This document shows positions 1 through 9,373 of a stretch of 61,695 nt of DNA, piece after piece. Position 1 is the stretch's first letter; every line of letters starts with the position of its first letter. The translations under genes and the position numbers were made by a program. Location of the stretch: the sequence record SRR31156797_3235; one strand, written 5' to 3'. Under the pieces are notes generated by a model that was not told the DNA's origin, searched no databases, and saw nothing but the letters and a program-made list of their open reading frames with translations.

Positions 1-222
1 GCCTATGAATATCTTATCGAGCCGGGGAACTCGGTTCGGGAAGCAACCGCCTATACCATCGCGCTTAACTGGTATCTCAATCCCTATGTCCGTTTGCTCA
101 TTAACGCCACGAGAACAAATTTTGATCGACCCCTGCTGATTGACAAGGATTCTCTCACCGGGGAAGCCATATACAGTGACCGGGAAGATGTGGTCACGGG
201 CCGTTTTCAACTTCAATTCTAA
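1..222 (+). CDS. C-terminal fragment of a phosphate-selective porin OprO/OprP-like outer membrane protein (5' truncated)
   Basis: Frame 1 is open from base 1 to TAA at 220-222: AYEYLIEPGNSVREATAYTIALNWYLNPYVRLLINATRTNF...DVVTGRFQLQF. NWYLN and a terminal RFQxxF beta-signal are typical of OprO/P porins. Not in the ORF track. Confidence 0.7.
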   Translation, partial: AYEYLIEPGNSVREATAYTIALNWYLNPYVRLLINATRTNFDRPLLIDKDSLTGEAIYSDREDVVTGRFQLQF

Positions 223-271
223 CCGGATTCAATGGAATGGGAAAGGGTAAACTCTTAACAAGGAGGAAGAA

Positions 272-1801
272 ATGAAAATGAAAAAGTTTGCAGCGGTTAC
301 GGGGGCCATATTCATGGTCATGTTGACGGTATCGGTGGTCTTGTCCGCCTACCATCACCAGGGAGAGATAGATTCACAGCACTTTGTGGCGCAGCATCCG
401 GATAAGGCGGGGACAAAGCTGGATCATTGCGCCCTTTGCCATACCGGGGGAAAGTATGAAAAAAAAGCGGGAAAATGGGTGAGCCTTGGAAGCTGTCAGT
501 GGTGCCATTACAGCTATGGTTATGACGGTAGCGGCAATATCGTGGATACCTTGAATCCTTATGGCATGGACTATCTTGTAAATGGCCGAAACCGGAATGC
601 CATCATCGCAATTTCGGGCAAGGATTCGGATGGGGACGGATACAGCAATGCCGAGGAAATTGCAGCGGTCCGGTATCCCGGCAATGCGGAGGACGACCCC
701 ACCAAGGTGCCGGCCCCCAGCCGCGTTTATACCAAAGCGCAACTGGAAGCGATGGGTCAGCACACCCAGTTCATGCTGATGAATACCAGTCGCTCCGGTG
801 ATTTTTACGTTCAGTACACCGGTGTTCCGGTTCAGGATTTACTTAAGGATGCCGGCATCCTGAGTTCCGCTTCGGGAATTACGGTCTTTGCGCCGGACGG
901 TTGGTCCGACTATCATCCCCTTGAGATTGACCCGGATCCGGAACTCTACCATGTAAACGGCATTTATCCCGAGGCGTATTACCAGTACGATGTACAGGCG
1001 GATACCGCCGTGAATGTTACGGACGGCTGGTGCGATTATGGTGCGCCTTCCTGTGCGGGGCGCAGCCACCTGGACAGAATTGTGAACACCAACGGACTTA
1101 AAATGCTTCTGGCTTTCAAACGTGAAGGAGAGTATATGGTGCCGGGTGTATTGGGGGATGACAACAAACTTTCGGGGGAAGGCCCCTTCCGGGTGGTGCC
1201 GCCTCAAAAGGTTCCCAGTCCGCCGGATCAGTCGAGCAGAGCCGCCAACCAGGATGTGGTCTGGCCCTACGATTACGATTGGGACCACAATGCCGGATCC
1301 GCTACCCGCTCCGCCACCATCATTCGGGTTGAACCGCTTCCCGAGGGTACCACGGATATCGACATCCTGGAGGCCGGATGGCAGTATGTGGATGAGGGAA
1401 AAATTATTGTTTACGGCGCCATCGCCGATTCCAACCCGCCCGTTCCGGATATCAAGGTCAATGGCCAGGACGGGCCGGTCACGGTTTCGGTTGGGGATCC
1501 CCTATCCATCACCGTGGAACTCGATGCAGGAAGTCGACTGGGTCAAAAGGCTGATTGGTGGGTGTATACTTATGCCACATCCATTTTGAACAATTTCTAT
1601 TGCTATGTTTACCCCATCGGTTGGGTCGGTGGCGTTTACCCGTTTCTCCAGAATGCGCTATTTAAGGTATCACCCCCTTTTGAAGTGTTTAACGGGGCCC
1701 TTGCAGCAGGCAGCTATGTCTTATACTTCGGGGTTGACAACAATTCTGATGGCCTGCCGGATCTGACTTGGCTGGATACGGTAAAGGTGCATGTGAAGTA
1801 A
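272..1801 (+). CDS. Secreted diheme c-type protein with GEGP motif and C-terminal beta-sandwich-like domain
   Basis: Strong RBS AAGGAGG; signal peptide; two CxxCH motifs (CALCH, CQWCH); DSDGDGYSNAEE Ca-binding-like motif; SGEGPFRVVPPQ motif. Confidence 0.75.
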   Translation: MKMKKFAAVTGAIFMVMLTVSVVLSAYHHQGEIDSQHFVAQHPDKAGTKLDHCALCHTGGKYEKKAGKWVSLGSCQWCHYSYGYDGSGNIVDTLNPYGMDYLVNGRNRNAIIAISGKDSDGDGYSNAEEIAAVRYPGNAEDDPTKVPAPSRVYTKAQLEAMGQHTQFMLMNTSRSGDFYVQYTGVPVQDLLKDAGILSSASGITVFAPDGWSDYHPLEIDPDPELYHVNGIYPEAYYQYDVQADTAVNVTDGWCDYGAPSCAGRSHLDRIVNTNGLKMLLAFKREGEYMVPGVLGDDNKLSGEGPFRVVPPQKVPSPPDQSSRAANQDVVWPYDYDWDHNAGSATRSATIIRVEPLPEGTTDIDILEAGWQYVDEGKIIVYGAIADSNPPVPDIKVNGQDGPVTVSVGDPLSITVELDAGSRLGQKADWWVYTYATSILNNFYCYVYPIGWVGGVYPFLQNALFKVSPPFEVFNGALAAGSYVLYFGVDNNSDGLPDLTWLDTVKVHVK

Positions 1802-1825
1802 TCGGGATTGGTATATTTTGAATGT

Positions 1826-1858
1826 AAAGGCAGGGCCGGAAACGGCCCTGCCTTTTTT
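1826..1858 (+). terminator. Rho-independent terminator
   Basis: AAAGGCAGGGCCG-GAAA-CGGCCCTGCCTTT perfect stem with GAAA tetraloop and T-tract, just after the stop at 1801. Confidence 0.9.
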
Positions 1859-1933
1859 GTTCATTGTATTTCCAAGAGGTCGGGATTGTGATATGGATAT
1901 GTTTGTGAAGGGTTTGATCAGAAAAACAGGGGA

Positions 1934-3451
1934 ATGACCATGAGAGGATTTGAACTGCTTGATCTGAAAGAGAACAATACCATCGCACTGCAGAAGCGTC
2001 GGCGTAGTGGAGGGCGAAAGGCGTTTGACGCCAAAGCGTTCAGGGAAGCCAATCGCATCACCCTGGATGTGACCTACATGTTGGAGGCGCCGGGGCCGGG
2101 TTCAATTGCCATGGAGGAGGTTGAAGCGTTGATTCCGAAGGTGCTCAAGGCCCACCAAATGCTAAAGCGGGAAGAAGGCGATATTTATGATGGCGGCATT
2201 CCCATGACCGGCTGGCAAAACCTTCCCGTCGACATTACGGGAGAACACCTTGCGGAGATTCAAACCGTTGCAAGAAAAATGAGTGAAGAGGTGGATGTTT
2301 TTGTTTCCCTGGGTATCGGCGGTTCCTACCTGGGGATTGAGGCCACTTTCCGGGCGTTGACCCACACCTATTTCAATCAGCTGACCAGAACGGAAAGGGG
2401 CGGTGCCCCTGAAATTTATTTTCTGGGGCAGAACATGGACCCCGATTTTTTCAGGGACACCCTGGACATGCTCCGGGGAAAAAAGGTGGGGGTCAATGTG
2501 ATTAGTAAATCCGGGACCACTACCGAAACCGCCATCGCTTTTCGAATCCTGCGGAAGATGATGGAAGAAAATTTCGGTGCCGATGCGGATCATTTGATCC
2601 TGGTGACCACGGACAGGGAAAAAGGGGCACTGAGGACTTTGGCGGGAGAGACGGGATATCGAACCTTTGTGGTTCCGGACGATGTGGGGGGTAGATTCTC
2701 CGTTTTGACCGATGTGGGTCTGGTGGGTCTGGCCATGGCCCATATCGATATTGAGGAGTTCGTTGCCGGGTTTCGAGCCATGAGGGAAATTTCTTCGGGA
2801 AATGATTTCTGGAAAAATCCCGCCTTACTCCATGCAGCCATGAGACACCTCGCGTGGTGCGCCGGGAAAAAGATCGAAGTGGTGGCCGCCAATTCCATGT
2901 CGCTCTATTGGGTTGCCCGGTGGATGGAGCAGCTCTTCCCTGAAAGCGAAGGGCACGAAGGCCACGGGATGTGGGTTTCGCCTTCGCTATATTCCGAAAA
3001 GCTGCACGCCAATGGACAAATGGTCCAGCAGGGTGAGCGGAATATCATGGAAACATTTCTGGCCTTAAAGGAACATGACAACCGGATGCCGATTCCCCAA
3101 ACGGACAATAACCTGGATGGTTTGGATTTTTTGGTGAAACGGGGAATGGATATGAATCAGGTGAATCAAATGGTGGTGGAAGGGCCCGCTTATGCCCATT
3201 ACCAGGGGGGCGTTCCCAATATGACCATTGAAATTCCCGAGAGGAATCCATTTAATCTGGGACAGTTATATTATATGATGGAAAAGTCGGTTTCCATCAG
3301 TGGTTACCTTCTGGGGCACAACCCCTTTGTTCAACCCGGTGTGGAAGCCTATAAACGGGCCATGTTCGCCCTAGTGGGCAAACCTGGGTTTGAGCAGGAG
3401 GCGCAACAGATGGAGAATCAATTGAAGGGGATGAAACGGATCAGAATATAA
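1934..3451 (+). CDS. pgi: Glucose-6-phosphate isomerase
   Basis: Motifs GIGGSYLG, SKSGTTTET, VGGRFSVL, QLFPESEG, NPFVQPGVEAYK. Confidence 0.9.
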   Translation: MTMRGFELLDLKENNTIALQKRRRSGGRKAFDAKAFREANRITLDVTYMLEAPGPGSIAMEEVEALIPKVLKAHQMLKREEGDIYDGGIPMTGWQNLPVDITGEHLAEIQTVARKMSEEVDVFVSLGIGGSYLGIEATFRALTHTYFNQLTRTERGGAPEIYFLGQNMDPDFFRDTLDMLRGKKVGVNVISKSGTTTETAIAFRILRKMMEENFGADADHLILVTTDREKGALRTLAGETGYRTFVVPDDVGGRFSVLTDVGLVGLAMAHIDIEEFVAGFRAMREISSGNDFWKNPALLHAAMRHLAWCAGKKIEVVAANSMSLYWVARWMEQLFPESEGHEGHGMWVSPSLYSEKLHANGQMVQQGERNIMETFLALKEHDNRMPIPQTDNNLDGLDFLVKRGMDMNQVNQMVVEGPAYAHYQGGVPNMTIEIPERNPFNLGQLYYMMEKSVSISGYLLGHNPFVQPGVEAYKRAMFALVGKPGFEQEAQQMENQLKGMKRIRI

Positions 3452-3471
3452 GGGGGGTATAGGGAGATATC

Positions 3472-4104
3472 ATGACATTGGATCGGCCGGTGGTTTTGGC
3501 CACAAAAAACAGAGGTAAAATATCAGAGTTTCAAGAACTTTTCAGAAATTCGGGTGTTGAAATCAAGACCCTGGATGACTTTGGTCCCATTCCGCCGGTC
3601 ATTGAGGACGGCAACACCTTTGAAGAGAATGCGGTCAAAAAAGCGCAATTCACGGCAAGGGTATTGGGGATACCCGCCATCGCCGATGACTCCGGTCTGA
3701 CGGTGAAGGCGCTAAAGGGGGCTCCGGGTGTGTTTTCTTCCCGCTATTCCGGGGAGGATGCGGACGATAACGCCAATAACCGCAAATTACAGGCTGAAAT
3801 GGAAGGGGTCGAGGACAGAACAGCGGCCTTTATATGTGTGCTGGCCATCGCCGTACCGAGGGGGCCGGCGCTGATTTATGAAGGCGCCTGTGAAGGCATG
3901 ATCGCCAGGACCCCCGCGGGCGACCGGGGGTTTGGGTATGACCCGCTTTTTTACTATCCACCGCTTCAAAAAACCTTTGCTCAGTTGGACCGGGAAGAAA
4001 AAAACAGGATCAGCCATCGGGGAAGGGCCATGGCGGAATTGCGTGGGGAATTGGATAAGGTGACCCTCTGGCTGAAACAACGCCTTAAAGAGGAACCTTT
4101 TTAG
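3472..4104 (+). CDS. rdgB: XTP/dITP diphosphatase (Ham1 family)
   Basis: ATKNRGK, EDGNTFEENA, ADDSGL, GFGYDPLF, KNRISHR motifs. Confidence 0.95.
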   Translation: MTLDRPVVLATKNRGKISEFQELFRNSGVEIKTLDDFGPIPPVIEDGNTFEENAVKKAQFTARVLGIPAIADDSGLTVKALKGAPGVFSSRYSGEDADDNANNRKLQAEMEGVEDRTAAFICVLAIAVPRGPALIYEGACEGMIARTPAGDRGFGYDPLFYYPPLQKTFAQLDREEKNRISHRGRAMAELRGELDKVTLWLKQRLKEEPF

Positions 4105-4140
4105 AAAATCTGTAACCTTTTTCTTCTCTCAGTCTCTCTA

Positions 4141-4168
4141 TTGACAAAGCAGATATCGTACATATTCT
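4141..4168 (+). promoter_or_regulatory. Sigma-70-type promoter of the HesB-like gene
   Basis: TTGACA (4141-4146), 16-nt spacer, TATTCT (4163-4168), about 40 nt upstream of ATG 4211. Confidence 0.55.
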
Positions 4169-4210
4169 AACATACAACAACCGAGAGAAAAAGTTCCATA
4201 AGGAGGGGAT

Positions 4211-4528
4211 ATGCTGGAAATAACCGAAAAAGCAAGTGATATGATAAAAGACTTTCTGAAGGACAGGGAAGAGGTCCCGGCCATCAGGATCATGATGTCC
4301 CAGGGCGGGTGAAGCGGCCCGTCACTGGGGATGGCTCTGGATGAGTCAAGAGACAATGATCAGGAATTTGATGACCGTGGTATCAAGTTTGTTGTTGAAA
4401 ACGACCTGTATGATCGGGTAAAACCCATAAAAGTGGATTATGTGACCTCCGCCATGGGTTCCGGTTTCAACATTATGTCAAATATGCCGGTTCAGCCGTC
4501 TGCATGCGGTTCCGGATGTAGTTGTTAG
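4211..4528 (+). CDS. IscA/HesB-like selenoprotein (in-frame UGA at 4310-4312 read as Sec)
   Basis: RBS AGGAGGGG then MLEITEKASDMIKDFLKDREEVPAIRIMMSQGG-U-SGPSLGMALDES...GSGFNIMSNMPVQPSACGSGCSC. The UGA occupies the Cys position of the HesB GGCSG motif, and the frame continues into the 4331-4528 ORF. Confidence 0.88.
4332..4348 (+). promoter_or_regulatory. Candidate bacterial SECIS hairpin
   Basis: TGGCTC-TGGAT-GAGTCA: 6-bp stem with one G-U pair, G at loop position 2, loop starting 25 nt after the UGA. Fits the general bacterial SECIS model; folded by eye. Confidence 0.5.
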
Positions 4529-4550
4529 GGAAAACCGGTCTGAAATAAAT

Positions 4551-4603
4551 CATCCTCTGATTGACATGCTTTCAAGCAAAGGCTCAAGAAGAGGATGTTT
4601 TTT
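4551..4603 (+). terminator. Probable intrinsic terminator between convergent genes
   Basis: CATCCTCT...AGAGGATG inverted repeat with an internal TGCT-TTCA-AGCA stem, followed by T6. Confidence 0.55.
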
Positions 4604-4611
4604 GGGTATCA

Positions 4612-5046
4612 TTAAAAAGCGCCCAGCTGGCAGGCGTTTATTTTAATGCCCAAGTGTTCACAGGCGGACGATACGGCCATTTTCCCAAGACCCAGCTTTT
4701 CGGCAATTTCCCATGCCTTCTTGCAGGGTAGCCGGTTGTCCTTGAGTTTTCTCCCAATGCAGGTTTCCAGTTCCTCGGAAACCGTTTCAGCCGGTTTTAC
4801 AATCCTTTTGTTCGGTTCATATCCAAAAAGCCCCATTTGACACTTTCTAAGACGCAGCTCAAGCAGATCCGCTGTTTTTCCCACAAGCCCCGGTGCCACA
4901 TCCAATTCCGATGCAATTTTAAAGGCGACGGCACAGGGGATCTCTCCATCTGATACCCGCTCTCTCAATGCGCCGGAAATACGAGGATCGGTTTCACTGT
5001 CCGAAGGGTGTTTTTGTGCAAAATGTCCATCTTCATCTTTAGGCAT
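4612..5046 (-). CDS. Conserved hypothetical protein made of two tandem Cys-containing small domains
   Basis: RBS AAGGAGGG; internal duplication IPCAVAFKIA...KCQMGLF / LPCKKAWEIA...ACQLGAF. Confidence 0.75.
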   Translation of the reverse strand: MPKDEDGHFAQKHPSDSETDPRISGALRERVSDGEIPCAVAFKIASELDVAPGLVGKTADLLELRLRKCQMGLFGYEPNKRIVKPAETVSEELETCIGRKLKDNRLPCKKAWEIAEKLGLGKMAVSSACEHLGIKINACQLGAF

Positions 5047-5186
5047 GTTGTTCCCTCCTTGTTTTTTAATTTCTGAATACCACAGCTACGGGAAAAAATA
5101 CAACGAAATGCCCCTTTATGGCGCCCTACCCCTTTACACCCATCCGGAATTGCGGTATCACCTTTCTAATTAACGAGGAGGTAATC

Positions 5187-5852
5187 GTGATAAAAGACAA
5201 TGTGAAAAGAATTCAGGCGGAATTACCTGAAGGGGTTCAACTTGTGGGGGCCGCCAAGACCCGTTCCGTTGAAGAGGTTATCGAGGCCATTGAGGCGGGT
5301 CTTACGATCATCGGGCATAATTACGTTCAGGAAGCGGAAAGGCACTTTGATGCGGTTTCCCACCCGGTGAAATGGCACATGATCGGCCATTTGCAGTCCA
5401 ATAAAGCCAAAAAAGCCGCGGCCATCTTCCATATGATTGAAACCGTGGATTCCATGAAATTGGCCAAAGCCATTGATAAGGCGTGTAAAGGGTTACATAA
5501 AACAATGCCGATTCTGCTGGAGATCAATAGCGGTGAAGAGGTCCAAAAGGCCGGTGTCATGCCGGAAAATGCCGCCCGGCTGGTGCGGGAGATATCCACC
5601 CTGCCCCATGTAAAAGTCAGGGGGCTCATGACCATGGGACCCTTTACCGGTGACCCTGAGGAGGCGCGTCCCTATTTTCGAAGGACCAAAATGCTTTTTG
5701 ATGAGATCAGCGCTTTGAATCTTCATAAAGTGGATATGTCCCTCCTTTCCATGGGAATGTCCAATTCCTACAAGGTCGCCATTGAGGAAGGTGCCAATCT
5801 GGTGAGAATCGGTACCAAGCTTTTTGGGGAACGCGTTTATGGTGCTTTATAA
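5187..5852 (+). CDS. yggS: PLP homeostasis protein, YggS family
   Basis: AAKT, HNYVQEA, WHMIGHLQSNK, GLMTMGP, LSMGMS, VRIGTKLFG. GTG start at 5187 after GAGGAGG is preferred to 5118. Confidence 0.92.
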   Translation: MIKDNVKRIQAELPEGVQLVGAAKTRSVEEVIEAIEAGLTIIGHNYVQEAERHFDAVSHPVKWHMIGHLQSNKAKKAAAIFHMIETVDSMKLAKAIDKACKGLHKTMPILLEINSGEEVQKAGVMPENAARLVREISTLPHVKVRGLMTMGPFTGDPEEARPYFRRTKMLFDEISALNLHKVDMSLLSMGMSNSYKVAIEEGANLVRIGTKLFGERVYGAL

Positions 5853-5902
5853 AATGTCATGACAGAAAGTGAATCCATTACCGAGGTCCCAATAATTTTT
5901 TC

Positions 5903-7243
5903 ATGAGAAATAAGGCCAGCCAATTGATCTCCGAAGGTATGCGGTTTTTTGGAGAGGATCTCTGGAGAATTCGCCTTGACGCCATTCCCTGGTGGAAAGC
6001 CCTTTATATTCGCCCTTTACGGATTGTGTTGCTGGGCTTTCGCGCTTTTAACGAAGACCAGTGCATGTTCAGAGCGTCTGCCCTGACGTTTTATTCGCTT
6101 TTGTCCATTGTTCCTGTTTTGGCCATGGCCTTTGGCATTGCCAAAGGGTTTGGGTTTCAAGAAACCCTGGAGCGTCAGCTTCACGAAAGTTTTTACGGCC
6201 ATGAGGAAATCATTGATAATGTAACCGTATTCGCCAATTCCATGCTTGAGAGCACCAAGGGTGGTCTGATTGCGGGGGTGGGGGTTCTGATCTTGTTCTG
6301 GACCGTAATCCGGGTTCTGGGAAATATCGAAAGTGCATTCAATCACATTTTGAATTTTCCCAAATCCAGGAGCATGGGAAGGAAAGTCAGCGATTATATG
6401 GCCACCATGCTCATTTGTACGGTCCTATTGGTTTTGTCAAGTGCAATCACTGTTGTCATTAAGAGTCAAGTGACATCCGCGGTTCAGTCTTTTTCCATTT
6501 TGGGGTCGGTGAGCCCTGCCATTTTCTTTTTGATGAAATTACTTCCTTACTGCGCCATTTGGCTTCTTTTTACGTTTCTCTATATGTTTTTGCCCAATGG
6601 GAAAATCAGTTTGAAGTCCGGTTTGCCGGCCGCCATTGCAGCCGGCACCTTTTTCCAGTTGTTTCAGTGGGCTTATCTCTCATTCCAAATTGGTGTAACC
6701 AAATACAATGCCATTTACGGTAGTTTTGCTGCGCTCCCCCTGTTTCTCGTGTGGCTGCAAATAAGCTGGTTGATTGTGCTTTTCGGGGCGGAATTGCTGT
6801 TTTCCATTAAGAACGAAAGAGATTATGAGTTTGCACCGGATTTTTCCCATATCAGTTATCGGTTAAAAAAGACCATTATGCTGCAGGTGGTTCACTTCCT
6901 TGTGAAACGTTTTTGCCAAGGCGCTTCGCCCGTCACTTTAGCCCAGATTATCGAAGCGCTCAAAGTTCCGAAATCCCTTTTACAACAGATTCTAACGGAG
7001 ATAAAGGCCGCCGGGATTGTTTCGGAAATCTGCCCTGAAAAGGGGGGTGCCAGGGCTTATCAGCCGGCACAGGATGTGGACCTGTTCACCGTAAAATATG
7101 TCATCGACAAGGTGGAACAACGGGGTGTAAATCACGTTCCCGTGCTTTCAGGTCCCGATTTTGAAAAAATAAAGGAGAGCTTGGACGGCTTGGAAGGTTT
7201 TGCGGAAAAGGCTTCGGCAAATGTATTGTTAAAGGAAATCTGA
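5903..7243 (+). CDS. YihY/BrkB family inner membrane protein with C-terminal wHTH-like region
   Basis: RASALTFYSLLSIVP, IESAFNHI, YNAIYGSFAALPLFLVWLQISW motifs. Confidence 0.9.
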   Translation: MRNKASQLISEGMRFFGEDLWRIRLDAIPWWKALYIRPLRIVLLGFRAFNEDQCMFRASALTFYSLLSIVPVLAMAFGIAKGFGFQETLERQLHESFYGHEEIIDNVTVFANSMLESTKGGLIAGVGVLILFWTVIRVLGNIESAFNHILNFPKSRSMGRKVSDYMATMLICTVLLVLSSAITVVIKSQVTSAVQSFSILGSVSPAIFFLMKLLPYCAIWLLFTFLYMFLPNGKISLKSGLPAAIAAGTFFQLFQWAYLSFQIGVTKYNAIYGSFAALPLFLVWLQISWLIVLFGAELLFSIKNERDYEFAPDFSHISYRLKKTIMLQVVHFLVKRFCQGASPVTLAQIIEALKVPKSLLQQILTEIKAAGIVSEICPEKGGARAYQPAQDVDLFTVKYVIDKVEQRGVNHVPVLSGPDFEKIKESLDGLEGFAEKASANVLLKEI

Positions 7244-7269
7244 TTTGCTCCTTCCATGAGGAACAGAAA

Positions 7270-8847
7270 ATGGGTAAGGAAATGATTCTTGTGGTGGATG
7301 ATGATGCCGCCACCATTAATATCCTCCAAGAGACTCTCGGGTTATTCGGCTACCGCTGCCGAACTGCAAATGACGGCTTTGAGGCCCTGGAATTGATCAG
7401 AAATGAGACATTCTCCGCCGCCATTTGTGATATCCGGATGCCGGGAATGGACGGCCTGGAGGTTATGGCGGAGGCTCTCAAAATCGCTCCCGACGTACCC
7501 TTCATTATCATTACCGGTTTTGCCGAGGAGTATGTCTATGATCAGATTATCGAAGCCGGGGCCACCGATTTTATCCAGAAACCCATAAAACCTGGTGAAC
7601 TCAGAATCAAGCTTGGTCGTATTCTGGATGAACGTTTGTTGCTGGAGAAGAACAGGGCGTTGCTCAAAAAAACCAATTCTCTCAATGATCGCTTGACCGG
7701 CCTTCTCAATATGGCCAGAGAACTCAGCCTGGAACTGGACTTTGAAAATCTCTTCCCCCTGATTATCAAAAAAGTGACCGAGGCCATGGGTGCCGAACGG
7801 ACCAGCCTTTATCTGATTGATTGGAATCGCGGTGAAATCTGGACCAAGGTGGCTGAACAGTTCAAGAAGATTCGCCTTCCCATAGGCCAGGGAATAAGTG
7901 GCCGTGTGGCGGAGACCGGTGACACCATCAATGTGGCTGACGCCCGGAATCTTTCCTATTTTGACAGGAGTTTTGACCGGGATTCCAACTTTCGTACACG
8001 GTCCGTGCTCTGCGCCCCCATATCAAACCGCCAGGGTGAGCGGATCGCGGTTATTCAGGTGATCAACAAGATCGGGGGGATGCGCTTCGGTAAAGACGAT
8101 TTGCAGGTGTTGAAGGCGCTTTCCGGTTTTGTTGCCATTGCCCTTGAAAATTCATTTCTCATAGAGGAGTTGGAGGCATCTTTCGAGGGGGCCATCGGGA
8201 CTCTGGCGGCAACCGTTGATGCCAGGCATCCCCTCACAGCGGGTCATTCCCAGCGTGTGACGGAATACGCTCTTGCCATTGGCAGGGAGATGAACCTGGA
8301 TGAAGATGCCTTGAAAGAGATCAATTATGCGGGTTTGTTGCATGATATCGGAAAGATCGGCATAAAGGACGACATATTGCTGAAAAGCGGCCCTTTTACC
8401 CCCGAGGAACGATCCGCCATGAATGAGCATACCACCAAAACCCTTGCAATTCTGGAGAAATTTCATTTTTCAAAAAAGTTGCGTCGCGTCCCCATTGTGG
8501 CAACCTATCACCACGAAAAGGTTAATGGTCAGGGCTATCCCTTCGGCTTAACCGGCAATGAGTTGCCTCTGGCATCGAAGATTCTGGCTGTGGCGGATGT
8601 TTTTGATGCGCTGACGTCACGCAGGGATTATCCCAAATATGTTGAAAATGAAACCCTGGGGTTCGGACCGATGCCCTTCCGGAAGGTCATGGGGATTCTG
8701 AGAGCGGACCGGGGAAGCCATTTTGATTCCGAGGTCATCGATGCATTTTTCAGATGTATGCCTGAAGTATTGCGCCGTTATGGTGGAAAGCATTTCCCTC
8801 CCGAGTATGTCAACGGGGCCATCGCTTTACTTGAAGCGGAAATCTGA
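7270..8847 (+). CDS. Response regulator REC-GAF-HD-GYP c-di-GMP phosphodiesterase
   Basis: N-terminal VVDDD...DIRMPGMDG...KP receiver; GAF domain (GQGISGRVAETG, FRTRSVLCAPI); LLHDIGK, HHEKVNGQGYP, VADVFDAL. Confidence 0.9.
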   Translation: MGKEMILVVDDDAATINILQETLGLFGYRCRTANDGFEALELIRNETFSAAICDIRMPGMDGLEVMAEALKIAPDVPFIIITGFAEEYVYDQIIEAGATDFIQKPIKPGELRIKLGRILDERLLLEKNRALLKKTNSLNDRLTGLLNMARELSLELDFENLFPLIIKKVTEAMGAERTSLYLIDWNRGEIWTKVAEQFKKIRLPIGQGISGRVAETGDTINVADARNLSYFDRSFDRDSNFRTRSVLCAPISNRQGERIAVIQVINKIGGMRFGKDDLQVLKALSGFVAIALENSFLIEELEASFEGAIGTLAATVDARHPLTAGHSQRVTEYALAIGREMNLDEDALKEINYAGLLHDIGKIGIKDDILLKSGPFTPEERSAMNEHTTKTLAILEKFHFSKKLRRVPIVATYHHEKVNGQGYPFGLTGNELPLASKILAVADVFDALTSRRDYPKYVENETLGFGPMPFRKVMGILRADRGSHFDSEVIDAFFRCMPEVLRRYGGKHFPPEYVNGAIALLEAEI

Positions 8848-8899
8848 ATCAATAATTATGGGCTCATATTGATTGAAATAAACGAAAAATGGAAGTGGT

Positions 8900-9313
8900 A
8901 TGTATCAGTCAGAAAAGACTGCGCAAAAAATAGAAACCCTGATTTTTGAAGTGGTGGCGCTTCAGAAAGATTGCGTTGAGGTGGTATGCGCCCGTTGCAA
9001 GTCCCCCTGTTGTGAGCGGGTCGGCTATCTTTTTGGAGAGAAGGATATCCTTTTTCTGAAATTGACGGGGAGAAAAGAAAGATGGCGAAAAAACGGTTTA
9101 CGGAAAAAGGGTTGCGGTTTTCTGGGGCCTTTGGGTTGTACTCTGGAGCCGGGGGCAAGACCCTTCATATGCCATCACTATATATGCCATGATTTGGAGG
9201 TGGAAATGCGACGTTGCGAATCAGGGATTCTTCCGCGGTTGCAGCGAAAATTTGGAACCATTGAGATGTTGCGGAGCCGAATGTGGGCGGAGTATCTTGA
9301 CGATGCATTATAG
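8900..9313 (+). CDS. Cys-rich YkgJ-like (CxxCxxCC) putative Zn/Fe-chelating protein
   Basis: CARCKSPCC ... GCGFLGPLGCTL...RPFICHHYIC pattern. Confidence 0.6.
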   Translation: MYQSEKTAQKIETLIFEVVALQKDCVEVVCARCKSPCCERVGYLFGEKDILFLKLTGRKERWRKNGLRKKGCGFLGPLGCTLEPGARPFICHHYICHDLEVEMRRCESGILPRLQRKFGTIEMLRSRMWAEYLDDAL

Positions 9314-9373
9314 CGTGTTACTCTTCTCCATGCGTTTATTCGGGATTAGACCCATTTTAAGGAGGCAAAAAGG

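Noticed and set aside
4331-4528. Stand-alone 65-aa ORF, or a HesB pseudogene with a premature stop
   Set aside because: The UGA falls exactly on the conserved Cys position and both halves are intact, so Sec recoding explains it better.
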